From the NCBI GenBank assembly GCA_050701515.1, contig JBOGDB010000104.1: DNA of 64,000 nt; one strand, given 5' to 3'. Positions within the stretch are counted from its first letter, which is position 1, and each line of letters starts with the position of its first letter. A model generated the notes under the pieces. It was given only the letters and a program-made list of their open reading frames with translations. It had not been told where the DNA came from and searched no databases. This DNA comes from Mycobacterium sp. (GTDB taxonomy: Bacteria > Actinomycetota > Actinomycetes > Mycobacteriales > Mycobacteriaceae). A program made the translations under genes and the position numbers. Shown one piece after another: positions 10,227 through 19,403 of this stretch.

Positions 10227-11131
10227 ACTGTGCGGTTTCGTACGGGACATGCCGTGACGGCGTACGAATCGGCACGGTCGCGACGGTGTCAGCACCGATC
10301 TATCCCGGGGTGTACGTACCGCGAGGCGTTGACCTCTCGGCAGTCCAACGATCTCGGGCCGCATGGTTGTGGTCTCGCCGACGAGGCGTCGTCGCCGGGT
10401 TGTCTGCAGCCGCGCTGTTGGGCGCGAAATGGATCGAGCCGGGACTACCCGCCGAGCTTGTCCACGAAAACAGGCGTGCACCACCGATGATGATCATTCA
10501 TACCGACGAGCTCGCGACCGGCGACACACAGTTGCTCAACGCCGCGAAGGTGACGACGGCTGCCCGCACCGCTTTCGATATCGGCAGGCGCCTCGCGCTC
10601 GAACCCGCTGTTCAGCGCATCGACGCCCTGATGAACGCGACCGACGTCAAGGTCGGCGACGTCGAGGCGGTGGCCGAACTACACCCCGGCGTGCGCGGCC
10701 TACGGCAGCTGCATCGGACAATGCCGTTGGTCGACGGTGGCGCCGAGTCACCCTACGAATCGCTGACGCGTCTGTTGTTGATCCGGGCCGGCTTTCCGGC
10801 GCCGCAGACCCAGATTCCTGTCCTTGACGAGTACGGAGTTGTCATCGCCCGCATCGACATGGGATGGCCCGAATTCCTCGTCGGTGTCGACTTCGAGGGT
10901 GCGCATCACTGGACCGATCCAAAACAGCGGACCTGGGACGTCGAGCGATACACGCGATTACCTGAGCTCGGTTGGCAGGACATCAGGGTGACGAGCGGCA
11001 TGCTGTACAGAAGTCCGAGCGTCATAGTCAGCCGCGTCGGCGCGGCCCTCATCGCGCGCGGGTGCCCCAAGACGTGGTGAGTGTGCGGATTTGTACACAC
11101 CAACGGCGTGTTGCGTACGAAACCGCACAGT
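10227..11131. mobile_element. Candidate mini mobile element: DUF559-like nuclease gene between REP-like hairpins with perfect 18-bp terminal inverted repeats
   Basis: actgtgcggtttcgtacg (10227-10244) is the exact reverse complement of cgtacgaaaccgcacagt (11114-11131). Each end also pairs with a degenerate inner arm (10261-10278, 11080-11097). The unit is flanked by 36-bp direct repeats. Confidence 0.6.
10286..11080 (+). CDS. AbiEi-antitoxin-like / DUF559 (Vsr-like PD-(D/E)XK) protein, possibly N-terminally truncated
   Basis: Motifs AWLWSRRRGVVAGLSAAALLGAKW, TTAARTAFD, ESPYES and RIDMGW...VDFEG. Confidence 0.75.
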   Translation: MSAPIYPGVYVPRGVDLSAVQRSRAAWLWSRRRGVVAGLSAAALLGAKWIEPGLPAELVHENRRAPPMMIIHTDELATGDTQLLNAAKVTTAARTAFDIGRRLALEPAVQRIDALMNATDVKVGDVEAVAELHPGVRGLRQLHRTMPLVDGGAESPYESLTRLLLIRAGFPAPQTQIPVLDEYGVVIARIDMGWPEFLVGVDFEGAHHWTDPKQRTWDVERYTRLPELGWQDIRVTSGMLYRSPSVIVSRVGAALIARGCPKTW

Positions 11132-11145
11132 CGACGGACACGGTT

Positions 11146-11181
11146 GACCAGCTGTTGCCCGTCTAGGTAACCGCCGGCCCT
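11146..11181 (+). repeat. 36-bp direct repeat, copy 2
   Basis: gaccagctgttgcccgtctaggtaaccgccggccct still reads DQLLPV-stop. Confidence 0.95.
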
Positions 11182-11199
11182 CCCGTAAGCTGCCTAAAC

Positions 11200-11841
11200 G
11201 TGGCTAATCGACGCAGGCTGGGTGTGATGGGCGGGACGTTTGATCCCATCCACAACGGCCACCTGGTCGCCGCCAGCGAGGTGGCCGATCTGTTCGGTCT
11301 CGACGAAGTGGTGTTCGTGCCGACCGGTCAGCCGTGGCAGAAACACCATCGCGATGTCACCGCCGCCGAAGACCACTATCTGATGACGGTGATCGCCACC
11401 GCCGCCAATCCCCGGTTCTCGGTCAGCCGGGTCGACATCGACCGCGGCGGGCCCACCTACACCAAGGACACGCTGGGCGATCTGCAAGCGCTCAACCCGG
11501 ACGCCGACCTGTACTTCATCACCGGTGCCGACGCGTTGGCGACGATCCTGTCGTGGCAGAACTGGGAGGACATGTTCGCCACGGCCCGGTTCGTCGCGGT
11601 GAGCCGGCCCGGCTACGAGCTGGACGGAAAGCACATCGAGAAGGCGCTCAAGGAGCTGCCCGAGGGCGCGCTCACGCTGGTCGAGGTGCCTGCCCTGGCG
11701 ATCTCCTCGAGTGACTGCCGCAAGCGCGCCGAGGAGAACCGTCCGATCTGGTACCTGGTGCCCGACGGCGTGGTGCAGTACGTGTCCAAGCGCGGCCTGT
11801 ACCGTAGCCCCGCCCTGGCGATGCAGGACCAGCAGCGATGA
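11200..11841 (+). CDS. nadD: Nicotinate-nucleotide adenylyltransferase
   Basis: [11 protein letters not shown] and ISSS motifs. Probably leaderless (TAAGCT upstream of GTG). Confidence 0.95.
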   Translation: MANRRRLGVMGGTFDPIHNGHLVAASEVADLFGLDEVVFVPTGQPWQKHHRDVTAAEDHYLMTVIATAANPRFSVSRVDIDRGGPTYTKDTLGDLQALNPDADLYFITGADALATILSWQNWEDMFATARFVAVSRPGYELDGKHIEKALKELPEGALTLVEVPALAISSSDCRKRAEENRPIWYLVPDGVVQYVSKRGLYRSPALAMQDQQR

Positions 11842-12212
11842 CCGCCACCGAGGACGCCGTCGAGATGGCGACGGTTGCCGCACGGGCGGCCTCGGCCAAA
11901 CTCGCCGACGACGTCGTGGTGATCGACGTGTCCGGCCAGCTGGTGATCACCGACTGCTTCGTTATCGCTTCGGCCACCAACGAGCGTCAGGTCAACGCCG
12001 TCGTCGACGAGGTCGAGGAGAAGATGCGGATCGCCGGCTACAAGCCGGCGCGCCGAGAGGGCGCCCGGGAAGGCCGGTGGACGCTGCTGGACTACGTCGA
12101 CATCGTGGTGCACATCCAGCATCAGGACGAACGCAATTTCTATGCGCTGGACCGGTTGTGGCGGGACTGTCCGGTGGTTCCCGTTGAACTGGACTCGGGG
12201 GAGTCGGCGTGA
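11838..12212 (+). CDS. rsfS: Ribosome silencing factor
   Basis: W[11 protein letters not shown] and [11 protein letters not shown]; conserved position after nadD. Confidence 0.95.
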   Translation: MTATEDAVEMATVAARAASAKLADDVVVIDVSGQLVITDCFVIASATNERQVNAVVDEVEEKMRIAGYKPARREGAREGRWTLLDYVDIVVHIQHQDERNFYALDRLWRDCPVVPVELDSGESA

Positions 12213-12892
12213 TGAGAGTCCGCCGCCTGGTGATGCTGCGGCATGGTCAGACCGAGTTCAACGCCGGCAGCCGCATGCAGGGTCAGCTCGACACCGAGCT
12301 GAGCGACCTCGGACGCGATGAGGCCGTCGCCGCGGCCGAGGTGCTGGCCAAGCGGCAACCGCTGTTGATCCTCTCGTCTGATCTGCGACGCGCGCTGGAC
12401 ACCGCGGTGACCCTCGGCGAGCGGTCCGGTCTGCCGGTGATCGTCGACACCCGGCTGCGCGAGACGCATCTCGGGGACTGGCAGGGGATGACCCATGTCG
12501 AGGTTGACACGGCCGCGCCGGGAGCGCGGCTGGCGTGGCGGAACGACGCCCGGTGGGCGCCGCACGGCGGGGAGAGCCGGGTCGACGTCGCGGCGCGCGC
12601 CATGCCGCTGATCGCGGAATTGGTGGCCGAACAACGCGAATGGGGGACCGACGAACCGGAGCGGCCGGTGGTGCTGGTGGCACATGGCGGGCTGATCGCC
12701 GCGCTCACCGCGGCGCTGCTGAAGCTACCGGTGGACAACTGGCCCGCACTGGGTGGAATGGGCAACGCCAGCTGGGTGCAGCTATCGGGTCACCGTCAGA
12801 CAGATGGGGCTACCGAAGCGGAACTCGACGAGGTTCGGTGGCGGCTCGACGTGTGGAACGCCTCGGCACAGGTCGCCAACGATGTCCTTTGA
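12209..12892 (+). CDS. gpgP: Histidine phosphatase, glucosyl-3-phosphoglycerate phosphatase (Rv2419c-like)
   Basis: RHGQT phosphohistidine motif and VAHGG; synteny. Confidence 0.85.
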   Translation: MMRVRRLVMLRHGQTEFNAGSRMQGQLDTELSDLGRDEAVAAAEVLAKRQPLLILSSDLRRALDTAVTLGERSGLPVIVDTRLRETHLGDWQGMTHVEVDTAAPGARLAWRNDARWAPHGGESRVDVAARAMPLIAELVAEQREWGTDEPERPVVLVAHGGLIAALTAALLKLPVDNWPALGGMGNASWVQLSGHRQTDGATEAELDEVRWRLDVWNASAQVANDVL

Positions 12893-13622
12893 GAAGCGGC
12901 GCACGGCCCTCCTCATCTTTTGCGACTCGCTGTCGTATTACGGCCCCAGCGGAGGGTTGCCATCAGATGATCCGCGCATCTGGCCCAATATCGTTGCCAA
13001 TCACCTGGGTTGGGAACTCGAGCTGATCGGCCGGATCGGCTGGACCTGCCGCGATGTGTGGTGGGCCGCGACGCAGGACCCACGTGCCTGGGCCGCCCTG
13101 CCGCGGGCCGGGGCGGTCATCTTCGCGACCGGCGGCATGGATTCACTGCCCTCGCCGCTGCCGACCGCGCTGCGCGAACTCATCCGCTATGTGCGCCCGT
13201 CGTGGCTTCGGCGCTGGGCGCGTGACGGCTACGGCTGGGTGCAACCCAGGTTCTCGCCGGTCGCACGGGCGGCGCTGCCGCCACAGCTTTCGGCTGAATA
13301 CCTCGAAATGACCCGTGGAGCAATCGATTTCAATCGGCCGGGCATTCCGATCGTCGCCTCGTTGCCGTCGGTACACGTTGCCGAGACCTACGGCAAGGCG
13401 CATCATGGCCGAGCCGGCACGGTGAAAGCAATCACCGAATGGGCGGAGCAGCATGATATTCCGCTGGTCGACCTGAAAGCCGCTGTGGGCGAGCACATCA
13501 TCGGCGGCCGAGCCAATCCCGACGGTATCCACTGGAATTTCGAGGCGCATCAGGCGGTTGCCGAGCTGATGCTGAAGGGCCTGCAGGAGGCCGGCGTTTC
13601 TCAACAGGATTCGCGGGGGTAG
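12882..13622 (+). CDS. octT: Diglucosylglycerate octanoyltransferase (SGNH family, Rv2418c-like)
   Basis: SGNH motifs CDSLSYYGP and DGIHW; synteny with gpgP. Start ATG 12882. Confidence 0.85.
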   Translation: MSFEKRRTALLIFCDSLSYYGPSGGLPSDDPRIWPNIVANHLGWELELIGRIGWTCRDVWWAATQDPRAWAALPRAGAVIFATGGMDSLPSPLPTALRELIRYVRPSWLRRWARDGYGWVQPRFSPVARAALPPQLSAEYLEMTRGAIDFNRPGIPIVASLPSVHVAETYGKAHHGRAGTVKAITEWAEQHDIPLVDLKAAVGEHIIGGRANPDGIHWNFEAHQAVAELMLKGLQEAGVSQQDSRG

Positions 13623-13624
13623 CC

Positions 13625-14467
13625 ATGGCCGTCGTGGTGGTGACCGATTCGTCGTCGCGCCTGCAGCCGGATGAGTTGAAGCAGTGGGAGATTCGGCAGG
13701 TACCGCTGCACGTACTGGTCGACGGAAGCGACCTGCGCGACGGCGTGGATACCGTGCCTTATGACATTCACGAACGCCCCAATGTAACCACCGCGGGCGC
13801 CACGCCTGCAGAGCTGGCCGACACCTACCGCCAGGCGCTGCACGACAGCGACGCCGACGGAGTGGTCGCGGTGCACATTTCGGCAGCGTTGTCGAGCACC
13901 TTCAGCTCGGCGGTGCAGGCCGCCCGTGAGTTCGGCCCGGCTGTGCGGTTGGTCAACTCCAGGTCGGCGGCGATGGGTGTGGGCTTCGTGGCACTGGCCG
14001 CGGCGCGGTCGTCGGCGTCCGGCGACGACCTGGATGCCGTTGAAGCCGCGGCTCGTTCGGCCGTCCCGCGCGGGGACGCGTTCATCGTGGTGCACCGGCT
14101 GGATAATCTGCGGCGCAGCGGCCGAATCGGCCGGGGGGCGTCGTGGTTGGGTACGGCGCTGTCGTTGAAACCGCTGTTGTGCCTTGACGTGGACGGCCGT
14201 TTGGTGCTGGCTCAGCGGATCCGCACCGTGACGAAGGCGCATGCGGCGATGATCGACCAAGTCGCGGACATCGTGGGCGAGAGGCGAGCGGCAATCGCGG
14301 TGCACCATGTCGACAACCATGACGCCGGCGACGAGGTAGCCGCGGCGCTGACGACGCGATTGCCCCAGGTTGAGCGGCTGACGGTCAGCGACATGGGACC
14401 GGTTCTCTCCATCCACGTCGGCGGCGGAGCGGTCGGCGTGTGCGTACAACTGCTGGAAGACTCGTGA
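13625..14467 (+). CDS. DegV family fatty-acid-binding protein
   Basis: VVTDSS, HISAALSST, LRRSGRI and SLKPLL. Confidence 0.9.
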   Translation: MAVVVVTDSSSRLQPDELKQWEIRQVPLHVLVDGSDLRDGVDTVPYDIHERPNVTTAGATPAELADTYRQALHDSDADGVVAVHISAALSSTFSSAVQAAREFGPAVRLVNSRSAAMGVGFVALAAARSSASGDDLDAVEAAARSAVPRGDAFIVVHRLDNLRRSGRIGRGASWLGTALSLKPLLCLDVDGRLVLAQRIRTVTKAHAAMIDQVADIVGERRAAIAVHHVDNHDAGDEVAAALTTRLPQVERLTVSDMGPVLSIHVGGGAVGVCVQLLEDS

Positions 14468-14479
14468 CCGCGAAGGTAA

Positions 14480-15538
14480 TCAGCACGCGGCGCGGCCGGT
14501 GACCGGCGGCAGGTCCGCCAGCGTCACGATGCCGGGCGTCGCCGCGACAACCGCCGGGACGGCGTTGGTCACCGGCAGGGCGGTATAGATCATGCCCAGG
14601 CCCATGAAGCCGGGCTCGGTCCAGTCCTTCGGCGGCAGACAGTGCAGCACCGTGCGCATATTGGGCAGCCCGAAGACCTGGATGACGTGACCGTGCTCGA
14701 GCGGCTTGGGCGGTGTCACGTGATCACCCATGGTCCAGTTGAAGCCCACACTGACCACGTTCTTGTCGCCGACCCAGCCGCGGTGATAACCGTAGACACC
14801 GCCCACCGTGCCCTTGGGGATCTGCATGAAGCCGAGATCGGTGTGGCCGGTGGCGGGGGTGAAGGTGACGTCGAACGTCATCCGGTCCAGCTTTGCGCCG
14901 ATGGCGTCGGCCATCATCGCCGCCGACTCGGCGAACACCTCGCTTTCCCGCCGGACGCCCTCGGCCAGGCCGGGGGTATCGGGGTCCTGGGAGAAGCCCA
15001 TCGCCGTTTGGGTGCCGGCCGACTCATAAGTGGAGCAGTCCACCGACTCGGTGATCCTGATCTCGTCGACCCGCTCACAAGACCCGCTGAGCACCATGCC
15101 GACCATGTTGGTCATGCCCGGATGAGCGCCACTGCCGAAGATCGTCGAATTGCCCTTTTCGCAGGCCTTTCGGATGTGATCGAGGTCCTCGGGGGTCTGT
15201 TTGCCGCCGGTGATCCAGGCAGCGCTGGAGCAGACGTTGACGCCGGACTCCAGTAGCCGAGTCAGCTCGTCGATGTCGGGCCACAGCGGGTTGTAGCAGC
15301 AGGCGTCCGGCCTCAAGTCGATCAGCGCATCGATGTCGTTGGTGGCCGTCACTCCGGTGGGCTCGGGCCAGCCCGACAGTTCGGCGGCATCCACCCCGAC
15401 CTTGTCGGCGCCGTGCGCGTAGACGCCGACCAGCTCCATGTCGGGCCGGCCGATGATGGCGTGCAGCGACCGGCGCCCGATGTTTCCGGTGGTCCACTGG
15501 ATCACCCGAAGCGGCCGGTCGGAAGTAGATGTGCTCAT
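14480..15538 (-). CDS. Dihydrodipicolinate-reductase-like NAD(P)-dependent oxidoreductase
   Basis: Rossmann start VIQWTTGNIG and GSGAHPG. It is the C-terminal 352 aa of the 949-aa ORF. Confidence 0.8.
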   Translation of the reverse strand: MSTSTSDRPLRVIQWTTGNIGRRSLHAIIGRPDMELVGVYAHGADKVGVDAAELSGWPEPTGVTATNDIDALIDLRPDACCYNPLWPDIDELTRLLESGVNVCSSAAWITGGKQTPEDLDHIRKACEKGNSTIFGSGAHPGMTNMVGMVLSGSCERVDEIRITESVDCSTYESAGTQTAMGFSQDPDTPGLAEGVRRESEVFAESAAMMADAIGAKLDRMTFDVTFTPATGHTDLGFMQIPKGTVGGVYGYHRGWVGDKNVVSVGFNWTMGDHVTPPKPLEHGHVIQVFGLPNMRTVLHCLPPKDWTEPGFMGLGMIYTALPVTNAVPAVVAATPGIVTLADLPPVTGRAAC

Positions 15539-15647
15539 GCGGTAGACCCTAATTGGGTGGCTCCACAGTCGGGAGTTGATCCACAGCCTGCGCTGCCCGC
15601 CGCTCGTTGGTTCAGTCTGGACGGCCGCCGTGCCTACCGTCGGGGGC

Positions 15648-16463
15648 ATGGCAACCGAACCGCCCGCCGAGCTGCTGCACCGCCGGCTCGGTGAAGAACT
15701 CGATATGAGCAAGGACGGCGACGACGACAACCCCGCTACCTCGTTGTCGCGTTGGCTGCCCGAGGCCAAGGCCGGTGACCGGCCGGAGTGGCTGGCGGCC
15801 ATCCGCGCCGATCCCGGCCGCGCCGGCGTCATCGCGCTGGGAATCGTCGGTGTGATCGCGATTCTTGTCACTGTCTTCACCGTGGTTCGGGACAAACCGC
15901 CACCCGTGGTGTCAGCGAAATTGCCGCCCGTGCAAATGGTTTCGTCGGCAAGTCCGACGCCGAGCGCGGCCACCGGAAAACCAGACGAGCCGGTCGTGGT
16001 GAGTGTGGTGGGCCTGGTACACAAGCCCGGCCTGGTGACGTTGACACCGGGCGCGCGGATCGCGGACGCGCTCGCCGCCGCCGGAGGCGCGCTTGACGGC
16101 GCCGACATGATCGGTCTGAACATGGCGCGCCGCGTCACCGACGGCGAGCAGATCATCGTCGGCATCGCCGCACCGCCCGGGGAGCCGACCTCGATGGGCA
16201 GCTCCGTCAAGTCCGAATCGGGCGCTGCGCCGAGCCCGTCCACAGCCAACGGAAGTGCCGCGCCGCCAGAAGGTTTGGTGGACTTGAACGCCGCGACCTT
16301 CGAGCAGCTCGACACCCTGCCCGGTGTCGGCCCGGTGACCGCCGAGGCCATCATCGCCTGGCGGGACGCCAACGGACCGTTCACCAGCGTCGACCAACTC
16401 GCCGATGTCGACGGCATCGGTCCCGCGCGCCTGGAGAAGCTACGCGCCCAGGTCCATGTGTGA
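15648..16463 (+). CDS. comEA: ComEA DNA-binding protein (TM, SLBB, HhH)
   Basis: PGARIADAL and LDTLPGVGPVTA...VDGIGPARL. TACCGT lies 7 nt before the ATG. Confidence 0.9.
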   Translation: MATEPPAELLHRRLGEELDMSKDGDDDNPATSLSRWLPEAKAGDRPEWLAAIRADPGRAGVIALGIVGVIAILVTVFTVVRDKPPPVVSAKLPPVQMVSSASPTPSAATGKPDEPVVVSVVGLVHKPGLVTLTPGARIADALAAAGGALDGADMIGLNMARRVTDGEQIIVGIAAPPGEPTSMGSSVKSESGAAPSPSTANGSAAPPEGLVDLNAATFEQLDTLPGVGPVTAEAIIAWRDANGPFTSVDQLADVDGIGPARLEKLRAQVHV

Positions 16464-18013
16464 CCGCCGTAGACCGGCGCGGGCTTCGGCTGGACCTGCG
16501 TCTGGTACCGGCGGCGCTGACCAGCTGGGCCGTCACCGCCGCCGGAATCCTCTGGCCGGTCGGCGGCGTCATCGTCGCGCTGCTGGTGGCGATGGCCGTC
16601 ACGGTCGGTGCGGCGGCCTGTGGTAGCGGTGGCCGAGGGCTCGGTGCCGCGGTGCGGACGGCGGGCGCCGGCACGGTCGGCGTCTTGTTGGCCGGACTCG
16701 GCTTCGCCGTCGCGGTGCAACTTCGCGTTGACGACCTGCGCCACCATCCGATCGTCGACCGCTATGGCACGGTCGCCGCCGTCATCGTCACGCCGAGCGA
16801 GTCGCCACGGTCGCTGGGCGGTGGCCGGATGATGTTTCGCGGTTCGCTGCGGTTCGTTGGCCCCGATGAAATGTCGGGCCGGGTGGTGGTTTTCACGTCC
16901 GTCCTGGGATTCGGTGAGCTGACCGCGGGGCAACCGGCCGCATTCACCGCCCGCATCACCAGGCCGAGCCGGCGCGATCTCACCGTCGCGGTGTTGTCGG
17001 CAACCGGCGAGCCGACGTTGGGCGAGGCGGCCGGGATACAGCGGGCGGCGCACCGGGTGCGGACCACGTTCACCGACGCGGCGCGCTCGGCTCTGCCCAC
17101 CGTCCAGGCGGCGATGCTGCCCGCCCTGGTGCTCGGCGACACCTCGGCGCTGACCAGCCAGACGACGGCGGAGTTCCGGGCATCGGGGCTGACCCATCTC
17201 ACCGCGGTATCCGGAGCCAACGTGACGATTGTCTGCGGGGCGGTGCTGTTGTCGGCCGGGTTGGTCGGCCCGCGGGTGGCCGTCGCATTGGCCGCGGTGG
17301 CGCTGATCGTATTCGTCGTCGTCGTGCAACCGTCGGCGAGTGTGTTGCGCGCGGCGGTGATGGGCGGCATCACGCTACTGGCGATGCTGTCGCATCGCCG
17401 CCGGCAGGCGCTTCCCGCTCTGTCGGCGACGGTCATCGTGTTGATGATCGCAGCGCCGGAGCTTGCCGTTGATGTCGGCTTCGCCTTGTCGGTGTCGGCG
17501 ACCGCCGCCTTGATCGTGATTGCGCCGGCGTGGTCACGGCGACTGGTGGGCCGGGGCTGGCCCAAGCCGCTGGCCGATGCGGTCAGCGTTGCCGTGGCCG
17601 CGCAACTCGTCACGGCGCCACTCGTCGCCGCCATCTCCGGCACCGTCAGTGTGGTGGCGGTGGCCGCCAACTTGGCGGTGACTGCCGTCATCATCCCGAT
17701 CACCGTGGTCGGCACCGCGGCCGCGGCACTGTCCGCGTTGTGGCCGGCCGGCGCCGAGCTGCTGATCCGGTTCACCGGACCCGAGCTGTGGTGGTTGTTG
17801 AAGGTCGCCCACTGGGCCGCGGGCGTTCCCGGCGCATCCGTGCCGGTCCCCGCCGGGCCACTCGGCGCGTTCACGGTCGCCGGGGCCGGGCTGGCCGCCG
17901 TCATGCTGTGGCGGTGGCGCTGGGTCCGGCTCGGGTTGTGCGGTGTGGCGGTGTGCCTGTTGGGCTGGACGGTGTCGGGACTGTCGGCCAGCCATGACAC
18001 CATCGGGTGGTGA
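16460..18013 (+). CDS. comEC: ComEC/Rec2 competence membrane protein (no C-terminal beta-lactamase domain)
   Basis: [21 protein letters not shown] and many TM helices. Confidence 0.9.
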   Translation: MTAVDRRGLRLDLRLVPAALTSWAVTAAGILWPVGGVIVALLVAMAVTVGAAACGSGGRGLGAAVRTAGAGTVGVLLAGLGFAVAVQLRVDDLRHHPIVDRYGTVAAVIVTPSESPRSLGGGRMMFRGSLRFVGPDEMSGRVVVFTSVLGFGELTAGQPAAFTARITRPSRRDLTVAVLSATGEPTLGEAAGIQRAAHRVRTTFTDAARSALPTVQAAMLPALVLGDTSALTSQTTAEFRASGLTHLTAVSGANVTIVCGAVLLSAGLVGPRVAVALAAVALIVFVVVVQPSASVLRAAVMGGITLLAMLSHRRRQALPALSATVIVLMIAAPELAVDVGFALSVSATAALIVIAPAWSRRLVGRGWPKPLADAVSVAVAAQLVTAPLVAAISGTVSVVAVAANLAVTAVIIPITVVGTAAAALSALWPAGAELLIRFTGPELWWLLKVAHWAAGVPGASVPVPAGPLGAFTVAGAGLAAVMLWRWRWVRLGLCGVAVCLLGWTVSGLSASHDTIGW

Positions 18014-18981
18014 GCCAATCGCTTCCGGGATTGCACCTGGTTCTTGGGGACGAGGAATTTCTTGTCGAGCGGGCGGTAGCGGACGTCCTTGGTGCCGCCC
18101 GCAAACAGGCGGGCACCGACGACGTGCCGGTGAACCGGATGCGGGCCGGCGAGGTCAGCACCAGCGAGCTGGCCGAGCTGCTGAGTCCTTCGCTGTTCGC
18201 CGACGAGCGGGTGGTGGTGTTGGAAGCCGCCGCCGAAGCCGGCAAGGAGGCGGTTGCCCTCATCGCGACGGCCGCGGCGGAGCTGCCGCAGGGCACGATC
18301 CTCGTCGTCGTGCACTCCGGCGGTGGGCGGGCCAAAGCGCTGGCCGGTCAGCTCAAGGACCTCGGCGCGCAGATACACCCGTGCGCCCGGATCGTCAAAG
18401 CCTCCGGGCGGGCGGATTTCGTCCGCGCCGAGTTCCGCGCGCTGCGGGTCAAGGTCTCCGACGACACCGTCACCGCCGTGCTCGACGCCGTCGGCTCCGA
18501 CATCCGTGAACTCGCGTCGGTGTGCTCACAGCTGACCGCCGACACCGACGGGCGGGTGGACCCCGCCGCGGTGCGCCGCTACTACAGCGGCAAGGCCGAG
18601 GTGAAGGGGTTCGACATCGCCGACAAGGCCGTTGTGGGTGACATCGCGGGCGCCGCCGAGGCGCTGCGCTGGGCGATGATGAGCGGCGAGCCGCAAGTCG
18701 TATTGGCCGATGCGCTGGCCGAGGCGGTGCACACCATTGCGAGGGTCGGGCCGCTGTCGGGTGACCCGTACCGGCTGGCGGCCGAGCTGGGTATGCCGCC
18801 GTGGCGGGTGCAGAAGGCGCAGAAGCAGGCGCGCCGCTGGTCGCGGGAGTCGGTCGCGAAGGCGATGCAATTGGTGGCGACGCTGAACGCCGACGTCAAG
18901 GGTGCCGCGGCAGACGCCGATTACGCGCTGGAAGCGGCGGTCCGGAAGGTGGCCGAGCTGGTTGCGGACGGGGCCCGCTAA
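18007..18981 (+). CDS. holA: DNA polymerase III delta subunit
   Basis: [15 protein letters not shown] and [13 protein letters not shown]; synteny comEC-holA-rpsT. Confidence 0.9.
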   Translation: MVSQSLPGLHLVLGDEEFLVERAVADVLGAARKQAGTDDVPVNRMRAGEVSTSELAELLSPSLFADERVVVLEAAAEAGKEAVALIATAAAELPQGTILVVVHSGGGRAKALAGQLKDLGAQIHPCARIVKASGRADFVRAEFRALRVKVSDDTVTAVLDAVGSDIRELASVCSQLTADTDGRVDPAAVRRYYSGKAEVKGFDIADKAVVGDIAGAAEALRWAMMSGEPQVVLADALAEAVHTIARVGPLSGDPYRLAAELGMPPWRVQKAQKQARRWSRESVAKAMQLVATLNADVKGAAADADYALEAAVRKVAELVADGAR

Positions 18982-18985
18982 CCGC

Positions 18986-19246
18986 TCAGAGCTTGTTGAG
19001 GGTGCGCGTCAGCGCCGACTTCTTGTTCGCCGCCTGATTCTTGTGGATCACGCCCTTGCTGGCGGCCTGGTCCAGCTTGCGATTGGTCGACACCAGCAAC
19101 TCGGCGGCCTTCTTCTTGTCGCCGGCCTCGGCAGCCTCACGGAACGCGCGCGCAGCCGTGCGAAGCGACGACTTCACCGACTGGTTGCGCAGTCGGGCGC
19201 GCTCGTTGGTGCGGATGCGCTTTTCCTGCGACTTTATGTTGGCCAC
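18986..19246 (-). CDS. rpsT: 30S ribosomal protein S20
   Basis: [10 protein letters not shown] and [14 protein letters not shown]. Confidence 0.97.
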   Translation of the reverse strand: MANIKSQEKRIRTNERARLRNQSVKSSLRTAARAFREAAEAGDKKKAAELLVSTNRKLDQAASKGVIHKNQAANKKSALTRTLNKL

Positions 19247-19403
19247 GCGCTAGTTCCTTCGTAAATCTCGGTTGGATTGCCCTGAGGTCTGCCAGTGCCC
19301 GGCAGCTGCAGCGACTGTTCAGGTTACCAGCGCGGTCGCCGATCTCCCAAAAGAGAAGCCCACTGGCCTGCCTAAACGGCCGAGGTGGTGCAGCATGGCA
19401 TGA

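Noticed and set aside
10180-11181. CRISPR-like interpretation of the 36-bp repeats
   Set aside because: Only two copies about 930 bp apart, derived from a gene 3' end, and no cas genes.
14480-17329. 949-aa minus-strand ORF
   Set aside because: Only the last 352 aa look like a protein. The rest is the antisense shadow of comEA/comEC.
16460-18013. comEC as a truncated pseudogene
   Set aside because: The ORF is intact and coupled to holA, and I recall a similar short length for the M. tuberculosis ortholog.
16762-18378. 538-aa minus-strand ORF and similar long Arg/Pro/Ala-rich alternative frames elsewhere
   Set aside because: They overlap well-supported genes and have the composition expected of non-coding frames in high-GC DNA.
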